This document shows, piece after piece, positions 1-13,117 of a stretch of DNA of 64,000 bases. This DNA comes from Sphyrna mokarran (lineage: Eukaryota): positions 47,802,001 to 47,866,000 of the forward strand of contig JAGIQG010000004.1 of NCBI GenBank assembly GCA_024679065.1. Reading direction: 5' to 3'. Within the stretch, counting starts at the first letter, position 1. Each line of letters begins with the position of its first letter. The translations under genes were made by a program, and so were the position numbers. The notes under the pieces are model-generated. The model did no database searches. It was not told where the DNA came from and saw nothing but the letters and a program-made list of their open reading frames with translations.

Positions 1-1060
1 CATTGCCGCAGAGATAGTGGATACAATGGTAATGATTTTCCAAAATTCTCTAAATTCTAGAATGGCCTCAGCAGATTTGAAGTTAGCAGATATAACTCTG
101 CTATTCAAAGAAAGCAAAAACTGTACTCTGGTGACATCAGGTGTGAGGAAAATGCTGGAATCTTATTAAGGAAGTCTGAACAATGCACTTAATAAATCAG
201 AGTATGATGAGACAAAGTCAACATGGTTTTACAAAACGTGAATCACGTTTGACAAATTTATTGAGTTTTTTGCAGATGTAACTAGCAGGGTAGGTAAAGG
301 AGCATTAGTAGACGTACCTGGATTTCCAAATGCTTTTGATAATGTGCCGCACAAAAGGTTAATGTGCAAGACACAGGCTGATGGAATTAGTGTTAATATA
401 TTAGCATGGATACAGGGGTGGTTGATGGTGAGACACATCTGGCATACTGTGTGGAAGTTTTGTTCTCCATATTTAAGGAAGAATATATTCGTCTTGGAAC
501 TGGTGCATAAAAGGTTCATTCGATTCAGTTCCTAGGGGGGGAGAGTTCCCCTATGATAGGAAGCTAAATAAATTGGGGCTATTGATGTATGAACGTTCAT
601 AAGATATAAAATTCTGCACAAGACCATATCAGCAAAAATGAAAGTGCATGGAATCCGAGGTAACCTTTTAATGTAATTGGTAGGAGGTTGGGGACAGAGT
701 AAGGATAAAGGTAATATTGGGGGATTCAAGTTTGTACTTGACAGTCAGTTAGGAAGTATGTTGTGTAAAAGGAAATAGGAACTTACAAAGGGACATAACG
801 CATGGTCAAAACTGGCAGATTGAGTTTAATTTGGGGAAGCCAGCAAATCTTGAATAATTTTAAATGGTGCTAGAATAGGTACAAGGGAGAAGTAAGAGGA
901 TTTGTGTGTCTATGTAACTGGATCACTAAAAACTAATATAAGAGTACAGAACTAATTAAAGAGGCCAATAGAATTCATGCTGAGAGTTGGAGATGGCAAT
1001 AATACTTCAGTTGCACTTATTCAGAATCTCATTTGGAGAACAGCAATTAATGTTGATGCT
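1..1060 (+). mobile_element. Degraded CR1/HER1 LINE RT fragments
   Basis: Remnants of LTNLLSFF, YLDFPNAFDNVPHKRL and HIWHTVWKFCSPYLRK; many indels. Confidence 0.75.
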
Positions 1061-1369
1061 GAACTTGAAACATTTTATTCATTTGCAGAATGTTCAGTTT
1101 CTCATAATATTTTATAAGAAAAAAGTTGTTTCAGAGATTGTCTGAAACCAGTATTTATTGTTCATTCAAAATTTCCCTGGAGAAGGTGGTGGTGAGTTGC
1201 CTTCTTGAATTGCTGTAGTCCATGTGGTGAAGGTACGTCCACAGTGCTGCTAGTGAGGAAGTTCCAGGATTTATGTCCAAGTGACAATGAATAAATGACT
1301 AATTGTCACAGTCAGGATGGTAAATCACTTAAAGGAGAACTTGCAGGTGACAGTGTGTCTGCGGTTGTT

Positions 1370-1750
1370 GTACAAGGGTTAAATCATAAAGATCCGTTGC
1401 AAAAATATGATTTGCATTTCTTTAAGTTTGGAAAGTTGATGGTTGATTTAATCAAGGTTGCTAAAAAGCAATAAAGGCATTGGAGAGGGTAGACGAATGC
1501 TAAGAAATTCTTGTCCTCTAACAATGAAATTTAGAATGAGAGGGCACAGCGTAAAATTAGAACTAGGTCACTTACAAACACTTTTTTTCACAATAGTGAA
1601 TATCTGGAAGTCACTCTTCAGTTCGCTGTGGGTGATCAAGATGAATGTGGAGCAAAGAAAGGTAATTTGGGCTGAGGTACAAATCAGTTATATTCGAAAT
1701 TGGTGGATGAAGCTTGAAGATGCTGGATAATCTACTATATTTATGTCCCT
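1370..1750 (+). mobile_element. Old CR1 3' fragment
   Basis: RMRGHSVKL / FFTIVNIWKSL C-terminal CR1 ORF2 motif in ORF 1458..1730. Confidence 0.6.
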
Positions 1751-3514
1751 TTATGCTTGGGAACAAAAATAATACAATCTCCTCATCTAGGTTTAGACTA
1801 CCTCCATTTTAAGTGCATTTTAAAAAGCAAACTACTTTTCTCGCTAAAATGGATTGGTGAGGGAATAGGGAAGTTGGGGAGAGAAGAATCTAAAGAGTGA
1901 AAAGTAAAGAAAATAAAAACCTGGAAAAAAAACTAGTTTGAGAGGTTAAAAAATCAATTTGCAATAAAACAAAGTGAGAAAAGACTGAGCAGAGGAATAA
2001 AAATAACTGCAGGGTGAATGCAGGTGAAGTCTTTCAATTTTTTGTTCAGGACCTATGTTTTTTTGAGTGTAATTGTTTTTTCAGGATTTATATTACTTAA
2101 GGGTCAGTGATGGTGACATTATTTGTAATGAAATCAGTGGATTTTAGTGTCTGTTTTGTCTCTGCCCATCAACCAGTTAAGTTTTTTTTGTCCAAATCAA
2201 ACTATCACTGCTGATGTTCCATTTTCAAGAAAAATGCTACACTGAAGGAATCTCTGTGATTCTAAGAATAACTTAATTTGATAGGACAAGGTTTCTGATT
2301 GCTTTTGAGCCAAAATGCATGGCACTGCTGTATGAATCTTGTAAATGGCTCTTTCCGATCTCTCAATGCCCACCAGCCTTCCTTCCTACTGAATGCTCTC
2401 TGGTCTCCAGCCACAGCCCAACCACAAATAGTGTCTCTTTCCCAATCTGACTCCTGCTATGTTCTGAACCAGGCTCTGATATAACTGGGCCCATCAGTAT
2501 ATGTACAAGGTCACATCATATGGCTGATCCTAGAGTTTCTTCAATGTGGAATAAATATTATTACAGTAATCAGGAGTAAATAAGCTGAAGGCAAAGGAAA
2601 GTTGTTGATTCATGGAGCTTGGAATTTTGCTGAACCAGCTGGCAATCAAAAGGTTAATTGTCTATCTTCAAAACTTTAATTAACTTTCCAGTGCTGCAAA
2701 TATAGGCAGTCAAGAGAGCACAATATTTGCCTTGGTAGCAGTGGGTTAGCAGCTTAATACTGCTTCAGCTAATAGTCAAGTTAATCCTCCCTTGAGGGGT
2801 CATGTGGGTATCTTGTTTATACAGCCATGATTCTATCTAATGTAGCTGTAGGAAGTGATCATTTTTATATTAAAGAATGTACACTGTTTATATTTCTGTG
2901 CTGCAGATTTTCCCAAAGCCAGGGTGTGAAATAAATGACTTGTGATGTGCTTGATATTTAAGGAGGTCACAGCCGTCAAGGACTGATCTTTTGGGGTGAT
3001 ATTGGCTGCAGCATTTCTCCCTTTGCATACCTGTGACCACAGGCTCAAATCCCAGCAGCATCCTAGCAACACTGTGTAATGAGATTAAAGAGTTGCTCAT
3101 TTGGAGAATGGTATTCATTTTTCTTCTGTGTGAATAGATATTTCTCACTGCTCAATCTGTTGGTATGGAAGAGTCTATTACCTTTCAAACCAAGTCTCAG
3201 TCTCATAGCTGGCTTTGAAAATGTGAAGTGATTTTTTTTGTGAGGACTTTCTGGTATAATATTGAATAGATTGAACAAGAGGAAGAAAACTCCTGTGTCA
3301 CTATATCCAAGTGCTTTTAATTACTGCCACCTCAAGTTTCAAAAGTAGGCAAAGTTTCAAAGTAGGCAAATGGCAGCATTTGAAATGGGAGTGAGATTTT
3401 AACTATATAGGGCACAATTTAGCACACAAGATAATGGAGTGAGTGTGTAAAAAGAGGCTTGTTGATGATTGCAGAAGAGAGCTTTATGGTGGCAAGTTTA
3501 TTGGATACTCCAAC

Positions 3515-4900
3515 AAAATAAACATTAGCTTTGATTAAAGTCACAAATGACATCCTATGTGACTATTCCATGGTGCACTATCTATCCCTCCTCACCTTTC
3601 TCAATCTATCTGCAACCAGTGACATGGTTGAGCACAACACAGTTCTGGAAAACCTCACCATTGTCACAACAGGTAAAATTGTCCTTGCCCTGCTCCATTC
3701 TTGTTATAGCCAGAAAAATCATCTGCAATGGTTTCTCTCTCTCCTGCACTGTTACTTCCACAAACTCTCAAAAATGCATCCTACGTCCCTCCAAATTTTC
3801 ACTTATATGTTACTCCTGGGTTACCTCATCCAAAAGCCCTGCGTCATGTTCCACAGCTCCACCATCTACCCCTACAATATCACCACCCCTCTCAACGTCT
3901 CAATTGTCTTGGATTTTTCACACAGCTTGTCCAACCTCTTGTACTGGATAAGCAGAAATGAATAAATATTCAGAAGACCAGAGCTGATGTCTTTTGGTGC
4001 TTGCCACAAACTCCATTCCCTCGACACTGTAACATGAAATCAAGTTTTCTTTTTGTCCCTGTCCCTAAAATGAAGTATTGAGATCCTGACTTCTTCTGAA
4101 ATTTGGGTGATGCTACCCAGACCCTTACTGAAGCCTCTCACCTGGCTATAGATTCCACCATCCTGTCCATAACTGCTGTAGCCCTTATAACCATGTCACA
4201 CATTATACTCTCTTTTACCTCGTCCTCGAAGCATCTCATCATTTTCAGAGCCAGTCATCTCTGCTTTAAAATTTTCATTTTCCAATGCCTGCGGAGCTTC
4301 ACTCTGAGATTCTCTTTGAGATATCCTCATTCCTCTCCTCTCAATCTCCTATGTTGAGCAATTCCTCATACTGATTTAAACTTTCATCTCAGTTCCCCTT
4401 TCATTTTCTCCTCTAAGTTCACCAAATGTAATTCTTTCTATACTTAAACTCACCTGTCTCTATTCATTGTTATCTCCTTGCCTCATGATTATTGGTCAAG
4501 ATGTTCTCTGATCACATCTCTGTGTTGGTCAAAATCTGCATTCCAAGACCTGATCCTTACTGACCCACACTGAATCCCGGTTCCCCAATGACTCAGACTT
4601 ATAGTTCTTGTGGTTCAATCCCTCTTTAGTAGCAATTCAACCCACCATTTCCTGGCTGTGCAAACACCAATCTATGATTTCTAAATGTCTCCCTTTGAAG
4701 CTCTCAACTCTGCACCTCCTCCATCACCTCTTCCGCACCGCATCTCCTTTAAACCCCTCCTTCATACCCATCTCATAGGCTAATTGTTTGACGATTCCTC
4801 CTAGTATCTACTTTTGGTTGGTGTCAATTTCTTCTTTTGTACCTCAGTGAAGCATTTTGGGAGTTGTTCACATAACACCATCAAATTAGAGATTGTTGTT
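3515..4900 (+). mobile_element. Degraded L2 LINE (RT region to 3' end)
   Basis: KVTNDILCD...LLTFLNLSATSDMVEHNTVL resembles L2 LLVLLDLSAAFDTVDH; pyrimidine-rich plus strand; L2-like 3' tail near 4850-4900. Confidence 0.7.
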
Positions 4901-5577
4901 CAAATAGTTCTTTCACAAACTTAACCTCAACAATGTGGATAGAAATTGAAAGTTCGGGGGTATGGTCTATACATTTCCCATTATGAATGTCTACCCTTGG
5001 GACTCTTCAAATACACCAGGGAGCTGCTCTCAAGAAGCAAGAAGCAATGCTGAGCACTTCTCTGATAGGCAAGCCAATTGCAATTTGTTTTTTGGTCTAA
5101 CAGACCATTGTGCTTAGCTGGCTCCTCTTAAAAATTAAAATAACTGTCAATGTAAATGATGCAGAGAATGTTTTCTGTTCACTGAAGCAGAGTTCTCTCA
5201 CTGGATTTGCAGTTTTCATACTATTACTATAAAAATGGCCCAATTCAAATTTCTTTTGCTGCTGCAAAACTCTGGAACCCTCAGAACGTGTCATCGGTGA
5301 GGAGAGGACAATGGCTGAAATATGTTTATGTCTCAATACTTGTTTCATTTCAGCCCACACAAAAGCTGAATTAATTTTCCTCAGTATATGTTCTAAAAAC
5401 TGTAACCCTTTTTTTGGTTTAGGATCTGGCAGAAATTTGCAGCCTAGTTTTGGTTCTAGGGGAGTAACTATTGGATGTCTGAATTCTCTTCATTTAAGCA
5501 CCTTGCAGTTGCCATCCCAGTATGACCCAAATGCCATTTTATATTTTTTCTAAATTGAGAACAAGATGAAAGATTAA

Positions 5578-6393
5578 GGCCTAGATTTTTGCTCCCTATT
5601 TGGGTGCACAGACACTGGAGGGAGACATGGTTTTGTGAACCCAACCTTCATCCACAGCTTCCATTCGGGGACAGGTTGGATTTGAGGTCAGGCCTCCTAG
5701 AATGAGTGAGGCGACTCTTTAATTTGAAGTTAGGCTGAAGGGAAGATTTGTCTTTGCACTCCAGCACTTTGTATAAGTTACTTAAAAAAGATTAAAAACA
5801 AAAAACACTTCAGTCCTCATCCTCCTCTCACAATCCCTATATCCTATCCATGCTAACCTATACTACCATATGCCAGCCTTCCAATTCCTGTGGCCCTGTA
5901 TATCTCCTATGCCACCCCCCCCCAGTCAATTTCATGCTAACTTGTACCCCACCCAACACCCTTTGCCCTTATCCCAATGCCAACTCACCTTGCATGCTTT
6001 GACAGTTTCAGTGAGTTTACATCCTGTTTACTTTTAACATTCCCAAAGGTTGTGTTACATCTCGCAAAGGTGTCCCAGGACCATAACCAAAGAGGGACCA
6101 CATCTCTTCAAGTTAGCAAATGGATCCACCAGCTTCAAACCTCCTCTTACCTGGTCTAATCTGCACATTTTGGGTTTCACAATCTTGACCTATCAAAATC
6201 CCTCTTCAGTGTAAGTGATTTAACTGATCAGCTGGCTCTGTAAACTGCACATGCACAAACCCTGACCTGATTCCAGTTCCACCACTGCCAAAATAGGAAA
6301 GGTTGTGTTGGGGGGTGGGATTTTGCATTTCCAGCCATTTCTGGGATTTTTGCCATGACAGAGATGCTCTCCATTATTGTGACAATCTGGACC
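5578..6393. mobile_element. Harbinger-type non-autonomous element
   Basis: Imperfect TIRs GGCCTAGATT / AATCTGGACC flanked by TAA on both sides (5575-5577, 6394-6396). Confidence 0.55.
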
Positions 6394-7349
6394 TAATGGT
6401 CGTTGTGTACACCATAATCAGGACAAAAGAGAAGTAGATCAGCAAGTAGTGGTTAGGTAATGAGAAGCATGAGCCTTAATGGCTTGAAAAGTATAGGACC
6501 AAATATAGAATATTGCAATGCAAAGGCATAGACCAGAAATCTTAAGTTTCTCCCTCTCTCCACAGATGCTGCCTAACTTGCTGAGTATTTCCAGCATTTT
6601 CTATTTTCATGTGTTACACGGTTGTGTTATGCGAGGAGAAGCAGAATATGGCATCTTTTGTCAGGCAGGAGATATTCAGACAATCATTTGCCATTATGCA
6701 TATGTTTGGGGGTGGGGGTGATGGCATTATGTTGGTAATTTATACTGAACACCCTCTCCATTTCCTATTCTTCTCTTTATTTAATACAGACAGTTTTCAT
6801 CCAATTCTGAGCATCACGGATTCACAGCAGTAAGCTGTTTGCAACTCATCACCAGTTAGTCATTTCCTCTCAGATATTTTGTGAAACTATCTACAGCGCA
6901 AAAATGTAAATTTATTTGCAATTCCAGGGCTGAGGATCAAGTACTTGGTGCAAAGTGAGGGGCTCAAAGTTACTTCTTTCCAGTGCTGTACTTGGTACCC
7001 ATAAAGATTCTTTCCTTAGAAGTGACCTATCTTCACTTTGAGAAAACCAGCTATCTACGGTGTCATGTAAGACGGATGGAAAGTAAGAAAACTAGACAAG
7101 AATCTGTGAAGGCACTAGGAGCTTGAATACAGATTTTGTTGGTGTCAGAAGTTGGTGCAATCTGGGGGCAGCTGTTCTTTTCTTATTCTGAAGAGGTTGG
7201 CTGAATGTGTGTGGGGAAGGTTTGGGCCAATATCCCAGGCATTAAACTGCCCCTTTGTGGTTGCAAAGGCAAATAGAAGCTGAGAAGGAGAAGAGGCCAG
7301 CAGGGGAAAAGCTGATGAGAGCGTTACAGTCTGAGTCACTAAGCCCAAG

Positions 7350-7548
7350 GCAAAATCCTGCGGATGCTGGAACCTGAAACAAAAACAGAAAATGCTAGGG
7401 AAACTCAGCGGGTCCGACAGCATCTGCGGAGACACAATAGAGCCAATGTTTCAGGTCAGGGTGGCCTTTCGTCAAGCAACATTGGCTGTATTTTCTCTTC
7501 ATTGATGCTGTAAGACCTGCTGAGTTTTTCCAGCATTTCTGTTTCTGA
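7350..7548. mobile_element. PLE-derived fold-back repeat (family 1) with degenerate hammerhead core
   Basis: aaacagaaaatgctagggaaactcagc...gctgagtttttccagcatttctgttt arms are inverted; minus strand reads TGACGAAAGGCCACCCTGACCTGAAACATT. Confidence 0.7.
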
Positions 7549-7616
7549 GTCTGGAAACCACTGCTCATAGTGGAATACAGAGGGCTGGCTTTCACTTGGG
7601 AAAGACTGAAAATGCA

Positions 7617-8758
7617 GTTAGTGACTGGTGGCTGGGGGACCAATAAGATTTTCTTTAAAGTAGACAAAGTTTGAGATTTAAGACACTTGCTCAGTGAATA
7701 AAACCAAATGACTCTCCAGGTTTCAAACAAACAACAACAAACATTTCAAGATCAAAAAGATAAAATAATTCATAACATCTATCTTTTACTCTAATATTCA
7801 GGATTAATATGAGGTATCTAGGAATTAACATGCAAGCTGTAGTTAAATACACCACATCGCACAATAAGTGCCAAATGTGACCCAAAAAAGAGTCCATGGA
7901 TTTCTCAGCAGCTGAGCTGCAAGTCAACAATCTCAGTGAAATTCTGTCCCTCTGAAGGGATTCCAATAATCATCTTCCAATTCACTTGGAAATTCTCACG
8001 AAAGATCTCTCCAGCAGAGATGGCATAAAAGTCCATCTCACAGAGGTTCAATCTCACCTCCCAAGATTCTGTTCCCCTGGATTCCCAAGCCTGCACATCA
8101 AGATCTACTCACAAGCACAACTTCATCTTTTTGGCTATGTTGAGCAGAACACTCCTGCTCCAAATGGGCACCTGTACCCCAATGGCTTGCAGCATTGAGT
8201 CACCATCATTCTGCTGTCTTTCCTGCTGAAACTCTGTTCCTCAAAGGCCTTTTCCTGTTTGGAACCTGCTATTCTGTTCCTCTATGTTAACTAAACTGGA
8301 ATATTTTCCTGTCTCTGTCCCCTGTCTGGGACTCTTCTGCTTGATAGCTCTTGAATCATGAGCATAACACTTAAGTTTCTTCCAACATTTTTCTTCTATG
8401 AAGGTACACTGGGCCCAAAGAAGCTAACAATGTAAATTTGTGTATTTTAACAAAGATTTTGTTTTCTCCATTCTTAAAGTTACAAAGCCAATGCTCAGAG
8501 TGGACTGGGCAGACACTAACTTAATCCTTGCTTGTTCCAAAAATCAAATTGAAATTCCAGCTGAATCCAATTTATGGTCCCCACAAGGGAGACAAGCAAG
8601 ATCCAAGCTGACAAGATGAAGCACTGCATCCCATCTGGGGCTTGATCTGACACTTGATTTTTGCCAGAAGGTATATGTGCAGTCCAATCCCAGTCCACAC
8701 GCGGGTAACAGCTTCAACATCTGAGGGGAGTTGAAGTTCCTGATTGTTGCTCTTAACA
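7617..8758 (-). mobile_element. Possible solo LTR
   Basis: Minus strand starts TGTTAAG and ends ...GTCACTAAC; no coding similarity; no TSD found. Confidence 0.35.
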
Positions 8759-11242
8759 CCAAGGTAACAGTAAACATTGCAGCAGACAACACCAACTCCC
8801 CTCCATCCTCATTGCCAACTCTGGTACAATAAGTAAAAATAAAGTTGACGGAAGTGCTAAATTCACAGAGGATCTGGATCCATGAACAGATGCAGGTTTG
8901 ACAGTGCGAACTTCACTGTTGGTACAAAGCAGTTATCGTTTCCTGTGTTCAAAGAGTAGCAACAGCAACATTTTCACAGTTGGCCGTTTAGAGCAGCCAT
9001 GCCATAAAGCCATTGCTGTGAACAGCTTCTCAGATATAACTTCCCTCACAATCTGCCACCTTTCTACTCACTCCTTACAACATCAAATCATCAGCTGGGA
9101 AGTATGTTGGGATGTGTCAAGGATAGGAAAAGCTTACACAAACATAAATTCATTCTCTCTCTCCATTCTGCACAGGTCCTCCAGATGCTTTCTCTCAGAC
9201 GAAATGTTACACCAAGCTTCATCTGTTCTTTCTGGCCCTATGGTATTTCAAAGAAGAGTAGTGGAGTTTGCCTGGAGTTCTGGCCAGTACTTAAAGCTCA
9301 AATAATGTGACTGAAGTGGATTTTCTGTCCTTTATCACTTTGCTGTTTATGGATCTTGCTATGCACAAAAGGGCTGCCAAGTTTTCCACTTTGGCATTGA
9401 TGCAATTTATGGGCAGGATTCTTCCATGACCCACCGGCAGATTCAATGGTGGCTGGTGGGAACGGGCAGGTAATTTGGCAGGAGATACAAAGATCGTTAT
9501 ATACCAGCGAGAACTTCTCACAACGTCTTCCGCTGGTGCACATATCACGGACTGGGAAACCTGCTGGAGGTTAGCATGAGACTTATTCTCATCCTGCTAA
9601 TGCAATGCAAATGAAGGCTCGGCCAGATTCTTCCACTTCCACTCACCTGATCCTCCACGGTGCCTGTAGGAAAACAAGCCCGTGCAAAACACCTAATGAA
9701 CAATGTAGCGGGCAAAAGTCGGAACTCAGCTGAAGAATGCCTGGGCTGCCTCTGGAGTTTGGGATTGGGGCTCCCAGCCCCAGGGCACCAGAGCAATGGG
9801 TAGGGGTAGCACCTACCAGTTAACTCTGTTTTTCTGCATAGAAACTGCATAACCTGCTGAATGTTTTCATCTTTTTACTGATAAACTGTCAGCAGATATG
9901 CAATTATGCAGGGTAGAAATTTATTTTTAAACTGATGCCCATATATGCACATTTTACAGTAGGATTGTATAGATGGTGAGCAGAAATGTAAGTCTTGGTC
10001 TAATTATCTTCCTTGTCTAACCATACGGCTTTATCATCCTCAGTGAGAGTAGCTTTTGGAGCAATCAGGGCTCAAACATGGGAACTTCCAGTTCCTTATG
10101 GATTAGGAACATGCAGTCTTTAACATTGACATGTCAATGGAATTAGTGGCAAAGTCATGGATTCAGGAAGAAACAATATCAAATGCATTAGGTGGAATTT
10201 TCCTGTTTTCGACAGAATGATGCAGCAGGCTGACATTACAAGATTCAAAATAGACAGTGCTAGAATTAGGGTAGGAGTTGTCAGCTGAGAATTAAAAATA
10301 ATGCCCTCATCTCAATATGAATGGATTATGTAATATTGGGCGGCTTATCAGAGTCCGTTAATCAGATGTAACTTTATTTTAATGGACTTCTCAGCATTGA
10401 AGATCGAATTCCTATTATATCATTAGTGAGGGTGGACAATCGCAGTGGGAAATCTAACAGGTGTAAACTGAGTTTTAGGCCTCTTGTGGTATTTCCTGCC
10501 CTCATCGTTGATCTTGCTTGCTGAAAATGGGAGCACAAACCCTCCCTGTGTGTTTTTATTTAAGCATTAGTTCTGAAACGGTGATCTCAAAATGCCTGTG
10601 TAAACATTCGGAGTGAAAAGTTATGTTCTCGGTGTTTACTGGTTAGAGATAGGCATGGAGGAAGGTTGTGGTTTTGTAAATGGGGAAGGCTAGAACACAA
10701 TGTTAGAACAAAGGTGTTTATTCAGGAGAAACTGTGTTACAGTAAACTGTTAGAAATGAATACACCTGTTCTCGCCACCACAAACTGTGACACATTTTCA
10801 TGAAAGCTGAATTTTACAAGATGATAAGGTGAAAAATGTCCCCTTTAACTTAAGGAAAAACAGAATGCTTTGAAAAGGAGGAGGAGTGAATTCCTGATAA
10901 ATACCTCAGTTTGGAGAAATGCCTATGCAATCTGGTTGCCATAAGGAGAGAAACTCAAATAGAAACTCATTTAGGCACTGGGTAGCAATTTTAACACCTT
11001 TCATAGTATGTCATGGAAAAAGGACAGCTGCAGCTGAAATACAAAAGTATCTATGCTACTGCTGCGGAAAAGCAGGGACAAACTGTTCCATACTAAAGAT
11101 TAAGCGGGATGCTTGTAACAATTTGGTTTCTGTTCCAAAGAAAGGGACCAGAGCAGCTCTGCTCTTGAAGTCTTAATGAACGGGGAATTATTGAGATATA
11201 GTTTATTGTTGATAATCCTACATGGAAAAACATGACTGTCGT

Positions 11243-11555
11243 AAGAACATAAGAAATAGGGGCCGGAGTAGGCCATCTAGCCCTTCGAGCCTGGTCTGAC
11301 ATTCAACAAGATTATGACTGATCTGAAGTGGATCAGTTCCACTTTCCCGCTTTCTCCCCATAACCCTTAATTCCTTTGTCTATCAGAAACCTATCTACCC
11401 GTGACTTAAATATATTCAGCGAGGTAGCCTTCACCACTTTAATGAGCAGAGAATTCCAGAGACTCACCACCCTTTGAGTGAAGAAGTTCATCCTCAACTC
11501 TGATCTAAACTGCAACCCCCCACCCCCACTTACTTTGAGGCTTTACCCTCTAGTT
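11243..11555 (-). mobile_element. CR1 LINE (copy A) 3' end
   Basis: ORF 11333..11515 FFTQRVVSLWNSL...GIKGYGEKAGKW; tail cctatttcttatgttctta. Confidence 0.9.
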
Positions 11556-11812
11556 AACAAAAAACAAAGAACAACACAGCACTGGAAACAGGCCCTTCGG
11601 CCCAACGAGCCTGCGCCGCCGTCTTAATGACATATAGGGACCAATTTGTTACCCAATCAGCCTAAGAGCACATTTTTGGGATGTGGGAGGAAACCAGAGC
11701 ACCCGGAGAAAACCCATGCAACCACGGGGAGAACGCGCAAACTCCCGCAGACACAGGCCCAAATCCATGTGTCTGCACAGCAACAGCGATAGTCCCTGAG
11801 CTGTCATGGTGC
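11556..11812 (-). mobile_element. HE1/V-SINE-like element with CR1-type tail
   Basis: Core GGGTTTTCTCCGGGTGCTCTGGTTTCCTCCCACATCCCAAAA; tail GGGCCGAAGGGCCTGTTTCC...(tgttctt). Confidence 0.75.
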
Positions 11813-11974
11813 CCATCAGATGGTCCAGTTTAAGCATACACTGACGACATGAAGCACTAGGCAACTCCTGAAGCAACATCCAAGAGCAGCTCTCGCACGA
11901 CCTGCCGCATGCATGCCCTTGTTGGTCAACAAGGTGGACTGAACATCCTGTGGAAACAAATAGGATATTTAAAC

Positions 11975-13117
11975 AGTCCTACTATATCCTTCTATCTGCA
12001 GACCGCTCATGTGGCTGTCCAAGAGACCCTTAAACAACCCTAGCGTGCCTGCTCCCACCACCTTACTCGGCAGTGCATTCCACACCCCACTACCCTTTGT
12101 GTGAAAAACTGGCCTCTAATATTCATCTTATACATAGCCCCCCTCACCCTGAGCCCGTGACCCCTCATTCTATCCATTTCTAATGGTGGAAAAAGCTTAC
12201 CACCATTTACTCTATCTATACCCCTCATAATCTTATATACCTCTAATAGGTCCCCTCTCAGCCGACGTCTTTCAAGGAAAAACAACCCCAGTGCGTTCAA
12301 CCTTTCTTCGTAAGACAGCCCTTCCATACCAGGCAGCATCCTGGTAAATCTCCTCTGCACTCTCTCCAGGGACTCCACATCCTTCCGGTAGTACGGCGAC
12401 CAGAACTGGACACAGTACTCCAAGTGAGGCCTAACCAACGTTCTATACACTTGCAACATTAGACTCCTACTCTTGTATTCTATACCCCTTCCTATGAAGG
12501 CTAACACACCATACGCTTTCTTTATCACATTCTCCATCTGTACTGACACCTTCAGAGACTTGTGAACCTGCACCCCCAGGTCTCTCTGCATCTCTATACT
12601 CCGGATAGTTTTACCTTTTATCCTATAACTCCCCCCTACATCTTTCCAGCCAAAATGCATCACCTCGCATTTATCCGGATTAAATTCCATTTGCCATCTA
12701 TCTGCCCAATCTACCAACCTATCTATGTCCTGTTGTATTGCCTGGCACTGCTCCTCAGTTCCTGCCAATCCAAGCATCTTAGTGTCATCATCAAATTTGC
12801 TGATCACACCACCTACCCCCTCTTCCAAGTCGTTTATATAAACCACAAATAGAAGAGGTCCTAGTACTGAGCCCTGTGGCACACCACTAGTGACACACCT
12901 CCAGTTGGAAAAAGAGCCTTCCACTACTACCCGCTGTCTCCTCCTCCCAAGCCAGTTCTCAACCCATCTACATACCTGGCCCTGTATCCCATGCGCCTTC
13001 ACCTTTTTATCAGCCTACCATGGGGAACCTTGTCAAACGCCTTACTGAAATCCATGTAGACGACATCAACGGCTTGTCCTTCATCAACCGTTTTTGTCAC
13101 CTCTTCAAAAAATTCCA
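11975..13117 (-). mobile_element. CR1 LINE (copy B), 5'-truncated RT, relatively young
   Basis: ORF 12040..13002, 320 aa, with [19 protein letters not shown] and RPHLEYCVQFWSP. Confidence 0.95.

Noticed and set aside
7145-7220. LFRIRKEQLPPDCTNF as the CPNE2 C-terminus
   Set aside because: Only a superficial LPP match; it lacks the LAKAVLAELPQQ motif and a suitable acceptor.
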